Part shown: one piece after another, positions 54,742-64,000 of the stretch
Numbering within the stretch: position 1 is the first letter of the stretch
Layout: every line of letters starts with the position of its first letter
Assembly (NCBI RefSeq): GCF_009914755.1
Contig: NC_060934.1
DNA from: the human T2T-CHM13v2.0 reference genome, Homo sapiens
Direction: 5' to 3' (one strand)
Length of the DNA: 64,000 nt
Position numbers and translations under genes: made by a program
Notes under the pieces: model-generated
What the model saw: only the letters and a program-made list of their open reading frames with translations
Told to the model about the DNA's origin: nothing
The model's database searches: none

Positions 54742-55869
54742 TAAAGTAAGGTGATAAAAAGAATTCCATGAACAAAAATGAGAAGTGACCAAAGATGCAG
54801 GAAGAAAACTGGGGGAGGATGCTTGACATATACTAAAAATGAGATTAAACTTTCAAAAAACAAGCATCAAGTAGACCAAGAAGTAAAGATAGATAAGAAT
54901 TAAAACTTTAGTGGAGATTTGTATACAGGAGCTTACTAGTGACCTGGGTGAGAGCAGTTTTAATGAATGGTAGGTTTTGGAAACCATCTATAGAAGTTTG
55001 AAGAATAAAGATTAAGGGAGGAAATACTAGGATAGTGGGTAATTCATTTAAGATGTTTTGATGGAAATGGAGATATGTTGGTAAGTGGTGAGAAAGATAC
55101 ATGTAGGTGTAAAAATAAGAATGTTTAAAAAATAATATTTCAGTTTGCAGAAATCAACCCTACTGTATTTTTCAAGGTTTATCTTAAACATCTGTTCTTT
55201 GTTGATGAGTTACTTTCTCCATGTGCCTCATGCAATCCCCCATAGACTGTAAATTTTTTCACTCTTTATTGGATTCATGTGCTTGTTTGATTTTCCCCAA
55301 TTAAATAATAATCTCTTTGAGGAAAGGAAAACCATCCTATTTATCTTTGGGACCCTATTGTTGGCAAATGTTATAATGTATGGTCTATACAAGTTTGTAG
55401 AATTAAACAATTCATCAGGGTAAGTGCTGAGATGATATGGCTGGGGCACTGCTGCCTCTGGTACAGTCTCGTGAAAAAAATGTAGATGTTGACATTTCCA
55501 TTTAACAGTACACAGCACCCGACTTCCCTACTTACAACCTATTTTGGAACCACTTGTGTCTTCTGTAGCTACATTTAAATACTTATATTTGACTTACAGG
55601 AAATGTTGAAAAGTCACAGAACTTTGAGCTTGCTTTTATAAAGGAGGTGTGGAACACTGGCTTCCCAAATATCACCAACACAACACATTGGTAACACTAA
55701 GTTGAACTCACTGCCTGTGTTGCAAGGGATAACAGTATCTCTACTGAGCATTGGCCATGTATTGGTACAGGGGAGGCAAGGTAAGAATTTATTAAGAATT
55801 GGAAGTTTGGTTTAAGGCAAATCTTTCAATAAGGGGATTTAAGAATGAGAGACAAAAACTGATATATAT

Positions 55870-56190
55870 GGCCAGGCGCAGTGGCTCACACCTGTAATCG
55901 CAGCACTTTGGGAGGCCGAGGTGGGCGGATCACGAGGTCAGGAGATCAAGACCATCCTGGCTAACACGGTGAAACTCCGTCTCTACTAAAAATACAAAAA
56001 AATTAGCCGGGCGTGGTGGCGGGTGCCTGTAGTCCCAGGTACTCAGGAGGCTGAGGCAGGAGAATGGCATGAACCTGGGAGGCGGCGCTTGCAGTGAGCC
56101 AAGATAGCGCCACTGCTGTCCGGCCTGGGCGAAAGAGCAAGACTCTGTCAAAAAATAAAAAAAATAAAAAAAATAAAAAAATAAACAAAG
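55870..56190 (+). mobile_element. AluY (Yk-like 3' end)
   Basis: gatcacgaggtcaggagatc..cctggctaacacggtgaaa..aatggcatgaacc; 3' agatagcgccactgctgtccggcctgggcgaaagag. Confidence 0.93.
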
Positions 56191-56329
56191 AAACATATAT
56201 ATATATATATATATGTATTCTGATATATATATGTGTGACATATGTATATATACATATATGTCAGAATTTCTCTACAGGGAATAATAAAGGGTTTGTTTTT
56301 GTTTAGGTTGAAATGAAAGGATACCACAA

Positions 56330-57925
56330 AGTGAATCAAAACCAAACAAAGAAATAAAAAGTCCTAGTAAGTGTAAATACGTGGGCAAATATAAAATATG
56401 TTTTTGTTTGTAACACATTTCTTCTCTACCCGATTTGTAGGACAAGTGGATAAAGCAATAATTATAAAATAGATTTTCAACAATTGATTTTCAACAGTGA
56501 TGCCAAGACACTTCCATGGGAAAACAACCGTCTTTTCAACAAATGGTCCTGGGACAACTGGATATTAACATTCATATGGATGAATTTGGGCTCCTAATTT
56601 ACAGTATATACAAAAGTTAGGTCAAAAGTATACCATAAACCTTAATGTAAGAGACAAAACTATAAAACTCAGAAGAAAACATAGGAGTAAATCTTCATGA
56701 ACTTGAATTAGGCAAGGTGTCCTACGTCAAAGAACATCATCATAAAGGTAGATTGACAACTCACAGAATGGAAGAAAATCTTTGCAAGTAGATCAATAAG
56801 GGATTTGAATCTGGAATATACAAAAAGTTCTTACAGTGCAACAATAAATAGATGATTAAAAATAACAGTATTGGCTGGGTGCAGTGGCTCACACCTGTAA
56901 CTTTAGCACTTTGGGAAATCAAGGAAGGTGGATCACTTGAGCCTAGGAGTTTGAGACCTGGACAACGTAGTGAGACCCCCTTTCTACAAAATAAAACAAA
57001 AACTAGCTGGGCATGGTGGCATGCTCCTATAGTCCCAGCTACTCAGGGGGCTGAGGTGGGAGGATCGTTTGAGCCCAGGAGGTGGAGGTTGCCGTAAGCC
57101 AAGATTATGCCACTACACTCCAGCCTGGGAGACAGAGTGAGACCCTGTCTCAAAATTAATTAATTAATTAAATTAAAAATAGGCAAATATTTGGATGGCT
57201 ATTTCTTTGAAAAAGATACACTAATGACCAATAAGCACATGAAAAGATGTTCAGCTTCATTAGACATTAGGGAAGTGCAAGTCAGATCCACCATGAAATA
57301 CTGTATCATAACCACTAAGATGGCTAAAATTAAAAAAAAAATAGACAACAATAAGTGTTGACAAGGAGGTGGAGAAAGTGGAACACTTGTACATATTACT
57401 GATGTGTTTATAAATGTTACAAGCACTTTGGGAGACAGTTTGACAATCAGAGAGTTATCATTTGATCCATTAATTGGTAACTCATAAATATATTCCCCAA
57501 ATAATTGAAAACATATGTCACACAAACTTGTGGATGAATACTCATAAGCATAATGTGTAAGCATTACTTATAATAGGCAAAAGTTAGAAGCAACTCAAAT
57601 GTCCATCACTGATGGATGGAGATATAAAATATAGTATATAGATACAATGGGATATTATTTGGTTTTGGAAACAGATGACATCCTCATACATGATCATGGA
57701 CGAACCCTGAAAATATGCTAAGTGAAATAAACCAGTAACAGCAGTCACATATTTTATAATTCCAGTTATTGGGATGGCCACAATGAGGAGAATATTTTTA
57801 AAACTAGATAATGTAGTTACATGACTCCATAAATGTACTAAAAGTCACCATATTGTACACATTAAAGAATAGACGTTATAGTATGATAATTATAATTAAA
57901 TTAAAGCTGCTTACTTTAACAAAAA
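56330..57925 (+). mobile_element. L1M (MB/ME-like) ORF2/3' fragments interrupted by AluJ
   Basis: tcttttcaacaaatggtcctgggacaactggata..aataagcacatgaaaagatgttca..aaatgtccatcactgatggatgga. Confidence 0.85.
56873..57175 (+). mobile_element. AluJ-like
   Basis: gatcacttgagcctaggagttt, gaggtgggaggatcgtttgagcccagg, gagaccctgtctc; (TTAA)-like tail. Confidence 0.93.
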
Positions 57926-58637
57926 ATACATTAGCTTGATAAAAATTAATGTACTTTGATAAAATGTTCGTATTAAGTACATCAGGTAGGGACACATCCA
58001 CCTGAATAACAAGTAATGTGATAGAGAATGTGAATTCCCAAGATCCCTGATAAATTCCTTTAGCTAAAGAATTCTTTATTGACTCTAACTTTTGGAAGTA
58101 TCAGAGAAACCAGATAGAATGTGCACCACAATTCACAAAAGCTTTTCCAGAATTTTAACATGCCTACTGAGTTGCCACAGAACATGTGAAACTCAAGGTA
58201 GTAGCTATATTTTCTAGAAGAGATGGTTAAGATCACTGGCAGGTCTGTTTTTGAAGACAGGTTGAACAACCTGAAGTCACTTGACATTCATTCAAATTTT
58301 TGAGCAGAACTCTGGTAAATACTGTTAGTTAGGAAACAGATGACATATTAACTCTACTCTCAATGCTCTTTAAGTCCAGTGGGAAAGAAGATACACCTCT
58401 AAATGAACAAATGCAAAACACACTGCCCTAAATTTCTTGGTGGAAGTATATATCTGGCTTAGTAGAAACACAGAGATCAACATATCAGCTCTGTATGGCT
58501 GAGTCAGAGGATGCTTTACAGGATTCAGTCCAAATTTGAATTCAAGCAAAAGAAAGGGCAAGGGTTACAAATGGGCTACTTCAGGTAGATGGGACACACC
58601 ATGGGAAATGTGCTGCAGTACAGATTTACTGCTTTCG

Positions 58638-58882
58638 ACAGCAGTAGAGCACAGTGCTTCAGTGTGCAGACTCACTAGTATCCTGGCGTCTTTACCACAT
58701 GATTGTGTGTCCTTTAGCAGAATGCATCAATCCTCCATGCCTATGTTTCTTCATCTGTAAAGTAGGGCCAATGCTAGCACTTATCTCATAGAGTTGCAAT
58801 GAAAATTCAATTATTTAATGCACAGAAAGCAGTTGGAATAGAACCCAACACATAATATTAATAAATGCTCAATAAATGCTAG
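58638..58882 (+). mobile_element. Near full-length MIR (MIRb-like)
   Basis: gtttcttcatctgtaaagtaggg..acttatctcatagagttg..gctcaataaatgctag. Confidence 0.85.
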
Positions 58883-58974
58883 TCAGAAGCTGTTACTGAC
58901 TTCCCCTCTCTTTCTGGACTGTGAGATGACTACCTGACTTCTTAGAGCTAACCACTAATTCAAGAGAACACCCT

Positions 58975-59268
58975 GGCCGGACATGGTGAGGTTCACGCCT
59001 GTAATCCCAGCACTTTGGGAGGCCAAGACAGGTGGATCACAAGGTCAAGAGTTGGAGACCATCCTGGCCAACATGGTGAAACCCTGTCTCTACTAAAAAT
59101 ACAAAAATTAGCTGGGCGTGGTGGCACAAGCATGTAGTCCCAGTTACTCAGGAGGCTGAGGCAGGAGAATCGCTTAAACCTGGGAGGTGGAGGTTGCAGT
59201 CCTTGCACTCCAGCCTGGGCGACAGAGTGAGACGCCAGCTCAAAAAAAAAAAAGAAAAAAAAAAAAGA
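58975..59268 (+). mobile_element. AluSc-like with a right-arm deletion
   Basis: gatcacaaggtcaagagttggagaccatcctggcc; ggttgcagt|ccttgcactcc; TSD agagaacac(c/t)ct. Confidence 0.95.
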
Positions 59269-59747
59269 GAGAGAGAGAGAACACTCTTTGGCACAAAACA
59301 AAATTTCAGGTGTATATATTGCATACTTTTTAGGTAAAGTTGCCACTTTAGTCTTTATTTTTCTGGATTTCTTGCCCTCTCCTTCCTTATCCCACACTCC
59401 TGGATATTTCGGTATCAGGTAGGCTATAATTAAGATAAGAAGGGCACTAATTTACTCTTGGGAGCCAGGGAAATTTTACTTCAATGTAAGGATGAAAATA
59501 ATATGCTTGTAATTAAAAACATGTGTTATAGAGTGGAAATGATTTTTGGGTAAGCAAGTGAGAATACTATGTTCTGAGAAACTAGAAATTGACAAGAATT
59601 ATAGATGTCACTCTCATTTGTTTATGTCCAATCAGAATATCAGCCCAGAGGAATTAAATGGGTATTAGAATTGCCACAAATCTTTGGATTCCTTAAGAGG
59701 TTTGGAAGATACTTCAAATACAGAAATTCGGATGGTCTAAGTTCTTT

Positions 59748-60053
59748 TTCCCTTTTTTATTTATTTATTTATTTTTATTTTTTTGAGACCGAGTCTCGCT
59801 CTGTCACCTAGGCTGGAGTGCAGTGTTGTGATCTCACTGCAACCTCCGTCTCCCAGGTTCAAGCTATTCTCCCACCTCAGCCTTCAGAGTAGCTGGGATT
59901 ACAGGTGCCCACCACTACGCCCAGCTAATTTTTGTATTTTTAGGAGAGATGGGGTTTTATCAGGTTGGCCAGACTGGTCTCAAACTCCTGACCTCAGGTG
60001 ATCCGCCTGCCTTAGCCTCCCAAAGTGTCAGCTGTGAGCCACTGCGCCTGGCT
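59748..60053 (-). mobile_element. AluSx-like
   Basis: Full dimer with small deletions; TSD tctaagttcttt. Confidence 0.96.
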
Positions 60054-60320
60054 GGGCTCTAAGTTCTTTAATAACTACTGAACTCTACACAGATTGAGAA
60101 GCCTAGATCAGTAGAGATATTGATTGTTCGATGACTTCCAGCTGTGCTGGAATTTGTGCTGACATTTTAGTTTTCAAGTTAAAGAGGCTAATTTCAGGCG
60201 AAAGTGGGTCTTAAGTATATTCACATGAGGCAATGTTTACAGGAATCATAGGAGAAAAATATACTGCTGGCTATTAAAAATTTGTAAGCATTTCCAAACA
60301 GCTGGAAGTGAAAAAAAAAA

Positions 60321-60394
60321 GAATATCCCTACCAACTCAAGCGTCTCCAACTTGAATATCCCTACCAAGAATATCCCTAGCAACTCAAGCATCT
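60321..60394 (+). repeat. Three nested copies of gaatatccctacca
   Basis: Copies start at 60321, 60354 and 60369; the first and third extend through actcaagc(g/a)tct. Confidence 0.92.
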
Positions 60395-60695
60395 GGATGC
60401 TGTCCAATGTTATTAAAGGACTGTGGAACTTCAGAATCCTTATATGTGAACATTTGTTCCAAACCACGGAAACAATCCAAAGAGTAGTGGCTATGCTAGT
60501 GCCCGTTTAATTCAACAGTGTTAAGAAGTTACATGGTATGTGCTAAACATGCATGAAGAAAACATGAGTAAGAAACAAATTTCACCCTTGAGAAGCTACC
60601 AGTCCTCGCTAAAAACTGGTGACAAAAAAGGATCAATTGCTTCGCATCTTCTTTGTAAGCAAGGACATGGGCAATTAATACAATTAATTCGCTTG

Positions 60696-60901
60696 TATGT
60701 ATTAATTGATTGTTTTCAGTCAACAGTCTTGCACTCTGTAGTCTTTTATCCTCCCTTTCCTCTAGTCACCACTATTCTACCATCTCTCTTCTACTTCTAT
60801 GAGAACAACTGTTTAGATTCCACGTATGAGTGAGATCATTAAGTATTATTTTTAATTTGAAAGAGGGACTTAGAAAAATACAAAACCTCTACCTACTGAA
60901 T
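60696..60901 (+). repeat. 206-bp direct copy of 61641-61846
   Basis: Ungapped, ~84% identical by hand. Confidence 0.93.
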
Positions 60902-60921
60902 AACCTACTAAGTAACCAGAG

Positions 60922-61176
60922 AAGGTTACTTTTCCATTTTTGAAACTTACTCTTCATCACTAAATTTTGTATCCATTTCCAAAGTTAAATGAACAGACAA
61001 CAACCAAAAAAAAAAAAACAAAAAAAAGTTAGCAATCTGGCAGTTCATTCAAAAAGGTTACTTTTCCATTTTTAAAACTTACTCTTCATCACTAAATTTT
61101 ATATCCATTTTCAAAGTTAAATGAACAGATAACAACCACAAAACAACATTTTAGCAATCTGCCAGTTCATTCAAAA
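60922..61176 (+). repeat. ~125-bp tandem duplication (2 units)
   Basis: aaggttacttttccattttt..gcaatctg(g/c)cagttcattcaaaa at 60922 and 61054. Confidence 0.95.
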
Positions 61177-61351
61177 CAGGTATCTGTCAGCATGCAAGTG
61201 ACAAGGCCAGCTGGCAAACTAAAATTATATCCACTCAATTGTTATTCTGCCATAATGAGAAAAATGGTCTAAAATAACCTAATTATCTGTCTTGTGAATT
61301 TTTATTATTTCAAAAATTTTGGGTGACAGCCACTAGAAAAAAATATAAACT

Positions 61352-61670
61352 ATAGTTGACTCTGGAACAACACAGTTTTGGACTGCACGGGTCTGCTTAT
61401 ACGTGGATTTTCTTTCACCTCTGCCATCCCTGATACAAGACCAACCCCTGGCTTTCTCCCTCTCCTTGCCCCATTCAATATGAAGATGACGAGGATAAAA
61501 ACCTTTACGATGATCCAGTTCCACTGGATAAATAGCAAATATATCTTCTCTTATTTATGATTGATTTGCTTAATAACATTTTATCTTCTCTAGCTTACTT
61601 TATTGTAAGAATACAGTGTATATACATGTAATATACAAAATATGTATGAATTGTTTGTTTTCAGTCAACA
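61352..61670 (+). mobile_element. Tigger2a (MER28) TcMar DNA transposon, 3'-truncated
   Basis: agttgactctggaacaacacagttttggactgcacgggtctgcttatacgtggattttct..gaagatgacgaggat..ctagcttactttattgtaagaatacag. Confidence 0.88.
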
Positions 61671-62186
61671 GCCTTGCATCTTACAGTATTTTACCCTCCC
61701 CATTCTCTGGTAACTACTATTCTATATTCTCCTTTCTACTTGTATGAGAAGAACTTTTTAGATTCCACATGTGAGTGAGATCATTAAGTATTATTTTTAA
61801 TTTGAAAGAATGACTTAGAAAAATACTTGACCTTTACCTACTTAATTCTTGTTTCCACAATTCTATGGTTTCAAAGATAACTGTTAACTTGGCTCCTTCT
61901 AAATGCACCACTGAATAAGCGCTCATTATGAGTGACTATAATCCTAACAGAAAGATTGCTCATTTAAACCCATTGCAAAAGTCAGTAGAAGTTAATAGTT
62001 TATATTTGGTCATAGAACCTTTTATAGTGACTGAAGATTTATAGTCATACTGATGTGATTCAAATTCTGATTCCTAGAATCCCCTGTGCCTTTCAGCCCC
62101 TGTCTTTCCATTATTCTACCTCTTCCCAAACATTCTTTGGAATAAACTTTTCCTGGGCACTGGGAATATTAAAAGAAACAAGGAGA

Positions 62187-62945
<759 letters not shown>

Positions 62946-63192
62946 TTATCAATTATTACAATAGATGGCTTCTAATAATTTTATAATTAATACTAACTGT
63001 TAATATCAAACATTTCGCACACAAAAGTAAGACCTGCATAATGAGGGCTAAGAGTAGTACTAAATAAAGAGATACATAAAACTACTAGATATTTTAAATT
63101 CAAAGGTGAAAAACTCCTTGGAGCTATATTATTTTATTACATTGGTGACACACAGCAATTTCCAGGTTTGAGTGAATTTCTAAACTACAGAA

Positions 63193-63295
63193 ACTTACCT
63201 CCAGATAAGCACTGTTTAGAATTTTTTTTTTTTTTGGTAAACTCTCTACTTATCTCCAGGTAAGCACTGTTTAGATTTTTTTTTATAAACTCGCT
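63193..63295 (+). repeat. ~50-bp tandem duplication
   Basis: actta(c/t)ctccag(a/g)taagcactgtttaga-polyT-taaactc(t/g)ct at 63193 and 63248. Confidence 0.93.
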
Positions 63296-63501
63296 AAAGC
63301 ATTTTATTTGCAAACTAAAATGATATAGAAAAATTGTTGTCAATAATTGCTTCTATGGGATGTCAGCAAATTTAATTCATTTCTCCACACAGGCTTATAA
63401 ACCCAGCTTTTGTATGTGATATGTTAGATCTAGGAAGGTAGAAACAAATAAAATCACAAATAACTTTAAAGAACTTAAGAGGAAAAATTGTCTGTTTATG
63501 A

Positions 63502-63895
<394 letters not shown>

Positions 63896-64000
63896 TAATC
63901 GTCTCTTTTGCCTGCATCTGCTTTGAAAATATACACTTAAAGGTTTTATTTTATTCAGTGGAGGAAAGTGAGTTGCTCAGAGCATCAGGGGGAAATGTTA

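Noticed and set aside
60321-61846. Spaced direct repeats superficially like a CRISPR or regulatory array
   Set aside because: Eukaryotic context, irregular unit lengths, only 2-3 copies and no cas genes

Overview
Primate (human-like) AT-rich, CpG-depleted non-coding DNA, intergenic or deep intronic. I find no supportable protein-coding gene, tRNA/rRNA, CpG island or CRISPR array. The ORF-track entries trace to Alu, L1, LTR or microsatellite sequence or look like chance frames. Roughly half the window is recognisable repeat: 18 near-full-length Alus (J, S and Y types, most with TSDs), a FAM and two Alu fragments; L1PA/L1MA/L1M pieces; L2 and MIR; MaLR LTRs (MSTA, MSTB, THE1B, THE1D, MLT1A/B); an ERVL remnant with LTR33; and the DNA transposons MADE1, MER5, MER1A and Tigger2a. 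The most notable structure beyond these is a set of short-range, DNA-templated local duplications. They include a ~310-bp inverted copy pasted into an MLT1A LTR, an orphan Alu mid-section copied from a specific neighbouring Alu, spaced direct doublets of 61, ~100 and 206 bp, tandem duplications, and hairpin-forming template-switch scars. Together they resemble a fossil record of microhomology-mediated repair; whether their density is unusual is untested. There are also two CTCF-like motifs and two candidate minus-strand (lncRNA-like) exons. I see no convincing novel gene system. Repeat subfamily calls come from recalled consensus features, and identities are hand counts.
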